IMG/VR virus record: IMGVR_UViG_3300017593_002054 | Source: a virus | Length of the DNA: 64,000 bases | Strand: one strand, 5' to 3' | Shown here: positions 37,233 to 46,381 of the stretch, in pieces | Numbering within the stretch: position 1 is the stretch's first letter | Layout of the letters: every line of letters starts with the position of its first letter | Position numbers and translations under genes: made by a program | Notes under the pieces: generated by a model | The model's input: the letters and a program-made list of their open reading frames with translations, nothing else | Database searches by the model: none | Told to the model about the DNA's origin: nothing

Positions 37233-38376
37233 TAAGCGCATCCCAGCTCTGCCAGGGGTATTCCCTCCTGATGATGTCCTCGATGTCAGCTTCCATAATA
37301 GTAAAATGGAAAGACATATAAATACATGGCTACCCCCCGAAAACTATATAAACATGATATGCATTCATATTATTATGAAGTTTACAATGTCTGAAGATAT
37401 ATTTCCTGAATGGATGCGTGGACGGATAAAGAAATTTCACATAACTGCCAGCAGGTTAAAAAGCACAATCGAAATAGAATTTTACCCAGAGAAGGAGAAA
37501 AAGGTGAAAGATGATTAAAGGTAGCGACATTGTTTGGTGGATAATAATGGTTGCTTTTGCATTTCAGGCAATTAGTTCTCTGACCAACGATATATGGGTA
37601 GCCATCCAAGGCACGTTATTTCTCATAGGCACAATATCAGTATCCATGATAATTGCCATTCATATTATAGAAAAAGAAATAGGATATAACGAGAAGGAGG
37701 AAACATGAAAATCGAAAGAATACCTGATGATGTATTGTTATTGCGAGCGCATCTTGCAGAAGCGACAACACCAGATGGCAAAAAAATAGACATATCTCTT
37801 GCAGGAAGTAATTTAATCGTTGAAATAGACCACAAATTTTACAGTGTCAGCATAGAAAGCATAGTAAAAGATGTAATTGAGTTTGCAAATAATAAGGAGG
37901 ATTAAGATGGAGGAAAAATTATCTTTAAAAGAGCATTTGAAACGTATGGTGAATAAGGCAAGCACGATGGGATGGAATACCAAGCAAGTGCATGATGCGA
38001 TAGACAGGATTGTTGATGAGCATAAAGCGGAATTGGAAATAGATATACGCAATATTATAAGGCAAGGGTGAAGGAATGAAAGTAGAGGTAATCGTAGGTA
38101 TATGTGAAACGTGCAAATTCTATCATGTGGACTATTTTGACCCTTCGCCCGGCGGTGTAGCGCTATCCCCTGGCGTCATGGAGGATAGATATTGTGAAAA
38201 AGAGGATGAAGTCATGCTCACGGTAGATGACAAAGATATTGGAACAGATGAAAACCATCAATGCCCCTTCTGGCAACCAGCATTCAAATGGTGTAAGAGG
38301 CACAAGACATGGTATATGGGGGAATGTGATAAATGCTTGGATGAAATGGCTGAAGAATTGAGATTGGGTGATTAAA

Positions 38377-38502
38377 ATGCCAACAATAAGTGTGTATGTA
38401 TCTGAAGAGATTTATGACAAACTGAGGGATAAAGGAAAGGCTGAAGGGAAAAAAGCGAGCGCCATCGCCCAGGCAATACTGGAAGATTGGGCAACGAGGT
38501 AA
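38377..38502 (+). CDS. Small RHH regulator (not in ORF track)
   Basis: MPTISVYVSEEIYDKLRDKGKAEGKKASAIAQAILEDW. Confidence 0.7.
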   Translation: MPTISVYVSEEIYDKLRDKGKAEGKKASAIAQAILEDWATR

Positions 38503-39011
38503 AAATGGTATTATTTGTAGCCGAAAAGCAAAAATGCGAGATATGCGGAAAAGAATTTGAGTATGCCACCTATGGTGAGCCAGTTGATATTCATAGTGTA
38601 TATGATGTCGAGACAGGCAAGTCGGTGGGCATAGAAATGGCAGGCATATTCATCTGCGATGGATGCTTCCCAAAACTTGTGAGATGGGCAATTAGAAAGT
38701 ATAAAATGGGAGATTTAAGAGGAGACACATTAATCGGGTGAAAGAATGAATGAAGCAACAAAGATGACAATTAGTATATTCGTCAGCATACTTGCAATTA
38801 TTATGGGGGTGATAAGTGGAATTGCCGGCTTATACATATACATTTTCTATCACTTGGTGCCAACTTTAAATATCATAGCATGTATCGTTGGAGGAATGGT
38901 TGGCATAATAGGCATATACTTGGAGATAAAATGGAGGAGATTAGATGCGGAAGATTTATAAACACATCTGCGCCCCCCGTCTGCTTAAATTCGTATTGGA
39001 GGTATATTACT

Positions 39012-39887
39012 ATGGTTGAACTGGATAAGTTTGAGAAGGAAATACCAGAGGACATGCAGGAACCGTTGATGGTAAAGATGGGATTCGATATGCACAGTAG
39101 CAACAAGCTGTGGAGAAAGACTGTCAGACTTGGCAATAAGGATGTTACGCTGTGGGTAGACTTCCGTGGTTCAAACAAGCCCAAATACTGGACTCAGCCC
39201 AAAATAGGCGATGTAAAGTCTCTGGGTGAGATAATGGCACTGGAGGCAGTCATGGATGGGACTCTTGATGCCAAGGAATGGGATGTAAGCAAGCCGATAA
39301 CGGTAACTAAGCCAGACGGCAGTGAAATTACCATCAGCCTGTACAAGAATGATAAGAAGAAAGAGAAAAAGGAGGATAGGAATAAGATGAAAAAAAGTGA
39401 AGCAGAAGAGCCAGAACTGAAAGAGCCTGAGATTGTGGAGATGATTCCTGTGACAAAGATGGAGATTTCTGTAGCGGAAGCAAAGCGACAGATGCAGCAG
39501 TTGCAACAGTTTGTAGATGAAGTCATGGAGAAAGATGTCGACTACGGTGTAATAGAAGGCACAAACAAGTCATCACTGTGGAAGTCGGGAGCGGAAAAAC
39601 TGTTGAATGTGCATGGCATGTCCGCCGAGTTTGATCTTAGAGATAAGGTGGAGGACTGGGAAAACGGGTTTTTCTACTACCGGTATAAATGCATAATAAA
39701 ATCGAGAAAATACAATGAAATCATCGCTGAATGTGAAGGTTCATGCAACAGCAAGGAGAGGAAATATAGAAATCAGGATCCGTATTCCATAGTGAATACA
39801 TTACAGAAGATGGCTCAGAAGCGTTCATTGGTGGGAGCGACATTGATTGCCACACGGACAAGCATGAAGTTTGTTGATGCCGAATAA
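39012..39887 (+). CDS. Putative single-strand annealing protein (Rad52/Sak-like fold)
   Basis: DYGVIEGT.K.SLWK.GAEKL..ECEGSCNSKERKY..NTLQKMAQKRSLVGA pattern of phage annealases. Confidence 0.55.
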   Translation: MVELDKFEKEIPEDMQEPLMVKMGFDMHSSNKLWRKTVRLGNKDVTLWVDFRGSNKPKYWTQPKIGDVKSLGEIMALEAVMDGTLDAKEWDVSKPITVTKPDGSEITISLYKNDKKKEKKEDRNKMKKSEAEEPELKEPEIVEMIPVTKMEISVAEAKRQMQQLQQFVDEVMEKDVDYGVIEGTNKSSLWKSGAEKLLNVHGMSAEFDLRDKVEDWENGFFYYRYKCIIKSRKYNEIIAECEGSCNSKERKYRNQDPYSIVNTLQKMAQKRSLVGATLIATRTSMKFVDAE

Positions 39888-40031
39888 AATGATTGAGGAG
39901 AGAATACCACGGGCGGGGGCGCCTGACCATGAAGTAGATAGCAGTTGGGATACCATTGATTTTATACAGGCGGTTATGCACATAAGATTGAGAGAAGGAA
40001 AGAGAATATTTGAAAGTTGGATAAGGTGAGG

Positions 40032-40706
40032 AATATGCTAAATAAACAACACGGAAATATGTATCCCTGGATAACTCACACTTGGAATCCTATCAGAGGT
40101 AGATGTCCCCATGACTGCATCTACTGTTACATGAAATCAATGCGATGGGACATCGGGGAGCTACGGCTCGCAGAAAAGGAGCTGCATACCAATCTCGGCA
40201 AAGGTAACACCATTTTTGTCGGCAGTTCAACCGATATGTGGGCAGATGAAGTGCCAAACGAGTGGATACTGAAAGTCCTGCAACATTGTTCAGAATATCC
40301 AGATAACACATATCTTTTCCAGAGTAAAAACCCTCATAGGTTTGCAATATACTTTGATGATTTGCCCCAAAACACTATTCTGGGAACTACAATAGAAACA
40401 AATAAGGAGGATATAATAAAAAAAGTATCAAAAGCACCGTCCCCTGCGAATAGATATATGCACATGCTAAATGATTTTCCAAGAAAGATGGTATCAATTG
40501 AACCTATTATGGATTTTGATTTGGACATTATGATACGGTGGATTGAAGATATTGAGCCAGAATTTGTATCAATTGGGGCAGACAGCAAAAATCACAACCT
40601 TCCAGAACCCCCAGCATGGAAGGTAGAGCAACTCATAAAAAGCCTAAAGGAATTTACAGAAGTAAAAATAAAGGATAACCTGAGTAGGATATTGGAGGTA
40701 AAATGA
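40032..40706 (+). CDS. Phage Gp37/Gp68-like (DUF5131) radical-SAM-like protein
   Basis: TWNPIRGRCPHDCIYCY (Cx3Cx2C), IFVGSSTDM, VSIEPIM. Confidence 0.8.
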   Translation, partial: NMLNKQHGNMYPWITHTWNPIRGRCPHDCIYCYMKSMRWDIGELRLAEKELHTNLGKGNTIFVGSSTDMWADEVPNEWILKVLQHCSEYPDNTYLFQSKNPHRFAIYFDDLPQNTILGTTIETNKEDIIKKVSKAPSPANRYMHMLNDFPRKMVSIEPIMDFDLDIMIRWIEDIEPEFVSIGADSKNHNLPEPPAWKVEQLIKSLKEFTEVKIKDNLSRILEVK

Positions 40707-40957
40707 AATTTAAATGCAAGGTGTGTAATGGAACCGGGCTAATTCCCAATACTGATTTTGAGATATGCCGTTCTGCTGAATTTAGGGAATGGGTTGGAAT
40801 TAAGGAAGGTGACTGTGAACACTGTCCAGAGCACTTCCGCAACTTGTGCAAGAAAGGTGAACAGATAGTTTGCTATAATTGCAATGGCAATGGATATATG
40901 GAAATTGATGAGAATTTGTGGGAAATAATAAAGGAGAAAAATGAAAATACACTTTAA
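40703..40957 (+). CDS. DnaJ-type zinc finger protein
   Basis: CKVCNGTG and CYNCNGNG. Confidence 0.7.
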   Translation: MKFKCKVCNGTGLIPNTDFEICRSAEFREWVGIKEGDCEHCPEHFRNLCKKGEQIVCYNCNGNGYMEIDENLWEIIKEKNENTL

Positions 40958-41196
40958 GAGAGACAACTACAGAGTATCTGATCCTGTTATATGGGTATAT
41001 GGCAGAGGTTATCACCTTGGTATAGTTCAGGAAATAGGAAAGCGGAAAGCCAAAATAAAGACAACCCAAGGAGAAGTTATATGGCTGAACAAGAACCGTG
41101 TTCATCCGATTAAAGATGAAGCCTTGAAGCATAAAGTGCTGAGAATTATGAAGGGGTTACGTTAAGCATAAATACGGATGACAGATATAGATATGG

Positions 41197-41745
41197 ATGC
41201 CAGAATATGAAGGATGCCCGGTTAAAAAATCTAGAACTGCCGTAATAATTGCCATAATAATTATTGTATACCTGCTTGCGCCGTCATATATCATTGCATT
41301 TGCCATAAAGATGCCATTTCCCTATGTTTTATTTCCGCCGGTTGGGAAGGAACTTATGTATGACGCAGACAATTACAGTTGCTATGAACAGAGCTGTGAA
41401 GTTGAGAAAGTATTGGAGGCGCACGGCATCCATGTATACGGCATGAGCGGGTACAAGGCAAAGGAAGCGTTGTTGCTAATCAATAAAAGCACGGGACAGA
41501 TAGATTATGACTTGAAAGGATATGACTACGGTCATCGGTGGGTATTGATTGACTTCGGCATATTTAAGATGCCATTTGATGCCACCATGATGCTGCCCAT
41601 TTCAACAGAGTGGTTCCCAACATATCACTTCCCATTTTCGTTTGACAGAAGATACCAAGTGGTCATCAGGGATGAGGGCGTGTGGGATGGTACGCATGAA
41701 ATCTATAGAAACAACCAAACGCTGGATAATATCATAATTCAGTAA
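41197..41745 (+). CDS. Membrane-anchored protein, possible transglutaminase-like Cys protease
   Basis: TM then NYSCYEQS..GHRWVLID..FDAT (Cys-His-Asp spacing). Confidence 0.4.
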   Translation: MPEYEGCPVKKSRTAVIIAIIIIVYLLAPSYIIAFAIKMPFPYVLFPPVGKELMYDADNYSCYEQSCEVEKVLEAHGIHVYGMSGYKAKEALLLINKSTGQIDYDLKGYDYGHRWVLIDFGIFKMPFDATMMLPISTEWFPTYHFPFSFDRRYQVVIRDEGVWDGTHEIYRNNQTLDNIIIQ

Positions 41746-41784
41746 TTACAAAAAGATTATATACTTGATTTACAATATATTATT

Positions 41785-41990
41785 GCTCAGACTTCATGGA
41801 GTTGGCAGGAAGTAGGGTGAAAAACCCCGAAGTTAAACTGTCACCCATGAGGAATGAGGGCGCAGGAGCGGTTAAATATCCCTCCGTTCCGCAGTTCCGA
41901 TCAGACGTGTTCGGGGGGCGACTGCGGTGAAGGGGGAGGTTGCAGGGTGTCTCCCCCAAGGAGTTAAGAAGTTTGCCCTCACCCTGCATA
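41785..41990 (+). ncRNA. Candidate structured noncoding RNA
   Basis: GC-rich island between convergent genes; stems CCGCAGT/ACTGCGG and TGCAGGGTG/CACCCTGCA; ATTATATA box ~22 nt upstream. Confidence 0.4.
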
Positions 41991-41993
41991 ATT

Positions 41994-42875
41994 CTAATAA
42001 TTCCTGATTGTCTTTACAATCCTGTCTACGTCTTCTTTTGATTTTGCCATCCTTGCTATTTGTATCGCTGCCCTAGGGTTCCTGCTTCCGAGCCTGTCAA
42101 CAATAACATCAGATATATACAACGCCATATCAGGATCAACCTTATCCTTCAGTATGCCCCCGATTACATCCATTGCCTTAACCCTGTCATATTCCGGCAG
42201 ATGAAAGATGAAGGGGTCAAACCTTTCTAAAATGGGCTCCGGTATGTTTTCATCAGAGTTACCAGCAGCAAACACATATGTAGGCATCTCTATATCAACT
42301 CTGGCTCTCGATGTGGTTTTCACATATCTGCCCTCAGACATGACGGTCAGCAATGCAGCATAATCCTTTCCATCCATTTTCTCAAATTCATCCATGAGCA
42401 GATATTTGGGTCTCTTTTCTATCAGCACCTTGCCTATTCCCATCTTGGTGGCGATGGCGCTGTCAACATATGCGGAGCGGGGCAGTCTCTCAAGGCTGTA
42501 AAGCAAAATTGATTTGGCTGACGATGGTTTGCCTATGAGCAGGATATGCACGGGAGCGCTTGCCTTTATAGCCATCCAGAATATCTCCTTTATGTCATCC
42601 AGCCCTATTATCCCATCGAACAGGTCGGCAGGTATCTCCATATTCTCATTGACTTCAACATGGCTGTCCATCAGTTTCCCTGCCTTATTTCTTGCTTTCT
42701 CTGTTGTATGGTATGTCGGATTCATGCGCCCTCCGCCTACCCTTTTCACAAATCCCATCTTTATGAATCGCCTGATGACCGGGTAACTGGTAATGTGCAT
42801 GACATCTTTAAGTCTCCAACTGCCATGCTTTAGTTCATACTCTATAAGGTTGGACAGTGCCCTGCCGGCTTCCAT
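41994..42875 (-). CDS. wHTH-AAA+ ATPase (MCM/MoxR clade)
   Basis: Walker A GKPSSAKS, Walker B LMDEFEKM, FAAGNS, ILERF; N-terminal wHTH. Confidence 0.8.
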   Translation of the reverse strand: MEAGRALSNLIEYELKHGSWRLKDVMHITSYPVIRRFIKMGFVKRVGGGRMNPTYHTTEKARNKAGKLMDSHVEVNENMEIPADLFDGIIGLDDIKEIFWMAIKASAPVHILLIGKPSSAKSILLYSLERLPRSAYVDSAIATKMGIGKVLIEKRPKYLLMDEFEKMDGKDYAALLTVMSEGRYVKTTSRARVDIEMPTYVFAAGNSDENIPEPILERFDPFIFHLPEYDRVKAMDVIGGILKDKVDPDMALYISDVIVDRLGSRNPRAAIQIARMAKSKEDVDRIVKTIRNY

Positions 42876-43186
42876 GATAAAGTATCGCTTACTCGCTTAA
42901 AATATTTGCTATCAATCTTCTATGGTAATTTTACTCTCAAAATCTCCAAGCTCTTCATCATCCAGCGTTAATTTTGTTTTCAACTCCCATTCATTTTCTG
43001 AAATACGGCAATATGTAACCTCTCCCTTTAGTGTTGCATCGGCAACTTTTCCGTTGTGCGAGTAGTGCATACACTTCCCAACAGGTATGTTTTTAAGTTC
43101 TGCCAGAGAAGGTTCTGCCATTTTTATGACATCATTTCCACTTCTTATTTCCATATATGTAAATCGGGTTACGAAATATAAACTTA

Positions 43187-43208
43187 TTGTATCACATAAG
43201 TTTTTTAA
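43187..43208 (+). promoter_or_regulatory. TGTATCAC-TATA motif copy 13 (variant)
   Basis: TTGTATCACATAAGTTTTTTAA; ATG at 43230. Confidence 0.7.
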
Positions 43209-43229
43209 CTGCTTCACGTTTTACATTCA

Positions 43230-43862
43230 ATGAACCGTTCAGAAATCTCCTCAGTTCTTGGTATATCCGGGATTGAGCGTGACCACCTTATTGATGCCCT
43301 CAAAAGGCAGGGTGTCGACTGGCAGGCTATTGATTGGAGAACGGTGGGGGAGGATATCAAGGACTACAGCAATAAATATGAAGCAATCTGGGATAAGTTA
43401 CAAAATGAGTATGGGGTGTCTTATCCTGCGGAGTGGAGATATAAGGATTACCCGAAGTATAAGCAACAGGAATATGAGTTCAATGCTGAAACGCTGAAAG
43501 AATATTTGAAGGAGAGCGAGGATGTCAGCTATTACAATCAGGTGATGAATGCATTATGTCTTGGAACCGAGCCAGTCCCGCAGGAAATAGATGAAGCCAT
43601 AGGATACACCGGCAGGGAGCGGAAGGCATTTCTCGAAGTGTTGTGCAGGGGGTATGGAATGCAGTATGAAAGCACAGGATGGGAGAAAGTGGATAGGGCG
43701 GTGGACAATTACAGGAGAGGAATAGAACGGTTTGGAGTAGACTCATACATAAGGTGTGGGGAAAAGGAAGGCTGGTATGCGGTGGCAGAGTGCCTCCATG
43801 ATACAAAGAAGGCTACTCTGAGCATTGACAACATGGTAAAGTGTTATGGCAGAAGTGCATAG
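43230..43862 (+). CDS. Hypothetical protein whose C-terminal ~55 aa is paralogous to 44451-44633
   Basis: NYRRGIERFGVDSYIRCGEKEGWYAVAECLHDTKK. Confidence 0.75.
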   Translation: MNRSEISSVLGISGIERDHLIDALKRQGVDWQAIDWRTVGEDIKDYSNKYEAIWDKLQNEYGVSYPAEWRYKDYPKYKQQEYEFNAETLKEYLKESEDVSYYNQVMNALCLGTEPVPQEIDEAIGYTGRERKAFLEVLCRGYGMQYESTGWEKVDRAVDNYRRGIERFGVDSYIRCGEKEGWYAVAECLHDTKKATLSIDNMVKCYGRSA

Positions 43863-43883
43863 TGTATCACATACCTTTATAAA
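43862..43883 (+). promoter_or_regulatory. TGTATCAC-TATA motif copy 14
   Basis: GTGTATCACATACCTTTATAAA overlapping upstream stop; GTG at 43904. Confidence 0.85.
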
Positions 43884-43903
43884 CATTTGGTGAATTAATA
43901 TTT

Positions 43904-44368
43904 GTGAATAGGAAGCCATCTAAAAAAACTGAGACAATACATATAAGATTGCCAAAGAACGGGGATGGTATGGTAAACAAGGAGTATCTATGCAAGGTTG
44001 CAGAGGAACTCAGTAAGGAAGAAAATGAGGATATAAACATATCTGAAGTTGTGCGCCGTGCGATTGGCATAATAATACCGGCTATGGACAAAAACTTAAA
44101 CTTACATCAGATTGCAAACATCATTGTTGCCGATGACGATATTGCCAGAGAAATGAAGAATATAAAACTCTCTGACATACTTGACGATATGGATAGAAAG
44201 GGCATAAGGGGGGATATATCGTTGCTGGACGTATACCGGATAGCACTGAGTAATGGTTTGAGATATGCATTTGAAAACTATCCGTTCAACAGATTACTGG
44301 TCGAGATATACAAAAAGTCGCTTAGCGATGATATTGAAGAACGCATGGAAAAACCCATTGTAACGTGA
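43904..44368 (+). CDS. RHH-like DNA-binding protein
   Basis: TIHIRLP..YLCKVAE..INISEVVRRAI. Confidence 0.6.
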   Translation: MNRKPSKKTETIHIRLPKNGDGMVNKEYLCKVAEELSKEENEDINISEVVRRAIGIIIPAMDKNLNLHQIANIIVADDDIAREMKNIKLSDILDDMDRKGIRGDISLLDVYRIALSNGLRYAFENYPFNRLLVEIYKKSLSDDIEERMEKPIVT

Positions 44369-44422
44369 TGTATCACATAGATTTATAAAGAATGATAAAA
44401 GTGTATCACATACATTTATAAA
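44368..44422 (+). promoter_or_regulatory. Tandem TGTATCAC-TATA motifs, copies 15 and 16
   Basis: 44368-44389 and 44401-44422, 33 nt apart. Confidence 0.85.
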
Positions 44423-44450
44423 TAACCATTTGTTTTATATTCGGATTAAA

Positions 44451-44633
44451 ATGAAAAGCAAGGAAACAGCAATAAGGAATTATGAGGCAGGCATCAAACG
44501 CTTCGGAGTGGACAACTACGCCGTCTGCGGAGACAAAGAAGGCTGGTATGCGGTGGCAGAGTGCCTCCATGAAGCCAAGAAAGCTTCAATCTCCGTAGAG
44601 GGCATGGTTTCAAGGTACAGAGACGCTGCATAA
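44451..44633 (+). CDS. 60-aa helical protein with double promoter
   Basis: MKSKETAIRNYEAGIKRFGVDNYAVCGDKEGWYAVAECLHEAKK. Confidence 0.75.
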   Translation: MKSKETAIRNYEAGIKRFGVDNYAVCGDKEGWYAVAECLHEAKKASISVEGMVSRYRDAA

Positions 44634-44721
44634 GCGCTCTGTCCTCATGTCCTCCATGAAGCGTAGCTCAAAGTAGCCCCAACGCCTCCCTCATCTGAAA
44701 AGGGGCATCTTCCCCCACGGT

Positions 44722-44762
44722 GAGGGAAACTATTAAATAGTTTCCCTCGATTATTTTTTTGA
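44722..44762 (+). terminator. Perfect 12-bp hairpin + poly-T
   Basis: GAGGGAAACTAT-TAA-ATAGTTTCCCTC then T-run. Confidence 0.75.
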
Positions 44763-44846
44763 TGTTGATGAATTTGAGCAGTGAGGAAGCCGAACTCATA
44801 AAACTTATAAGAAGCAATAAGTTGATAAAAAAGGGGGTGATGCGAT

Positions 44847-45182
44847 ATGCCAACTCGGCTAAAGGAAATTTTTGATGGCACTGATATAGACAAACTCGAT
44901 CAGGGTGTCGTGCTGAAGGCAGTATTGCCTCATATAAAGGAGATACCAAAAGAGGATGTCGACGAACTGATGAATCACTTACCTCCAGATGGAAAACTTA
45001 TAGTGATGAAAAAGCGTTGTGATGTCGGAGATAAATTTGCGTGCATGGCATACGATGTGGTAATTAATGGTGATGTGAGTGCGCCTGCGGGGTCGCCCAA
45101 GCATCTTGGTCTAAAGGGACTGTGGTATAACGAGAAGAACGAGACTGCAAAGATGATGCTTGAGAAAGTGGGAGAGTTGTAG
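44847..45182 (+). CDS. Hypothetical protein
   Basis: 111-aa ORF, GGGGTGA RBS. Confidence 0.6.
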   Translation: MPTRLKEIFDGTDIDKLDQGVVLKAVLPHIKEIPKEDVDELMNHLPPDGKLIVMKKRCDVGDKFACMAYDVVINGDVSAPAGSPKHLGLKGLWYNEKNETAKMMLEKVGEL

Positions 45183-45183
45183 T

Positions 45184-45205
45184 TTGTATCACACAGGTTT
45201 ATAAA
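45184..45205 (+). promoter_or_regulatory. TGTATCAC-TATA motif copy 17
   Basis: TTGTATCACACAGGTTTATAAA; ATG at 45227. Confidence 0.85.
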
Positions 45206-45226
45206 GATAATAAGCGATAATATTAC

Positions 45227-45853
45227 ATGAATTTGCTTAGCGATGCCGAGTATCTGAAGGTAATGGAGTGGCTCTCAACTTTCTCTGCAGGAGGTCTGGA
45301 AGAGTTTTATGACGATATGCTGAAGCCGGATATACTGCCACGAGCCACCCGTGAGCAGAGGGAGAGATTATACAAGAGATTTATGATGTTCTACCGGGTG
45401 AAAACTAAGGCTATGGGAAGAAAAATGAGGAGCGATATAACGGATATGTCAAATTGGATCAATGTTGGCAGACCAACTTATGTATCTGAGCTTGAAGAAA
45501 AAGCTGTTAAAGTATACCTAAACAAGGCAGATACCATAAAAGAGCTTGATGATTATTACCAGTGGGTAGTTGAACATGTATTTCCTCGTGCAACACCGAA
45601 ACAAAAAAAGAGAATAATGACTGCATATGATTTAAAGTTGGTGAGGCTTGAAAGAGAAAGGGAAATGGCAGAGGCGAGCAGAAAAGCGATGGAAATGGTG
45701 AAAAAAACACCAAGACCAGAGAGGGGGCAGGAAGTTACAATGGATGGCACCAAAGGAGTTGTTACCGACAGAAGTGTTACAACACCTGAAGTAGAAGTCA
45801 GATGGGAGGATGGCACATCTTCATGGATACATCCAAAATATTTAAAGTGGTAG
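45227..45853 (+). CDS. Hypothetical protein with duplicated helical unit and C-terminal SH3-like barrel
   Basis: LEEFYDDM..PRATREQ / LDDYYQW..PRATPKQ repeat; RGQEVTMDG.KGVV..VEVRWEDG. Confidence 0.55.
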   Translation: MNLLSDAEYLKVMEWLSTFSAGGLEEFYDDMLKPDILPRATREQRERLYKRFMMFYRVKTKAMGRKMRSDITDMSNWINVGRPTYVSELEEKAVKVYLNKADTIKELDDYYQWVVEHVFPRATPKQKKRIMTAYDLKLVRLEREREMAEASRKAMEMVKKTPRPERGQEVTMDGTKGVVTDRSVTTPEVEVRWEDGTSSWIHPKYLKW

Positions 45854-46020
45854 TTTAATCCCAGAAACCCCGGAATGTAAAAAATCGCCCATCATTTTCT
45901 GTGGATGTCTCATCTAAATTTCTGTGTGATACGATACAGGACAGGTAGATAACCTCTCTGGTTGGAAGCCAGTAAAAAGTAGCCCAGAGAGGTCTACCTC
46001 AATCTTAAAACAGCCGAGAG

Positions 46021-46042
46021 TTTATAAATCTGTGTGATACAA
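46021..46042 (-). promoter_or_regulatory. TGTATCAC-TATA motif copy 18 (no ORF downstream)
   Basis: TTGTATCACACAGATTTATAAA on minus strand just after stop at 46045. Confidence 0.75.
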
Positions 46043-46381
46043 CCTCATACCCAGTTTATATCTACATACTCCTTTACAATGCCAATCATTTCCTCGTATG
46101 TGTGCGTGCGCCTGACTCTCCTCTCACACTCGTTTGCATCAGCAGGTCTGCCTGCCATCACTAATGCCCTTCTCACCTTTGACATTATGTAAAACAAATT
46201 TCTCTCTCCCTGATGCAATGTTATTAATGGCTTCATGATATCAACCAATGGGGGACAGGGAAAGGAAAAAGGAGGTTTTGAGAGAAATGCCCAAATTCCT
46301 TTCCCTATATGTAAATGCAAAAGTGTATTTATATTTTTCATAACCTTTAAATAACTATATCTGTTACTTATAAGATGAGAA

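Noticed and set aside
2183-46042. Classical integron attC sites
   Set aside because: The motif is not palindromic, lacks R'/R'' boxes and has fixed TATA-to-start spacing, so a promoter is the simpler reading. Cassette behaviour is kept only as a hypothesis.
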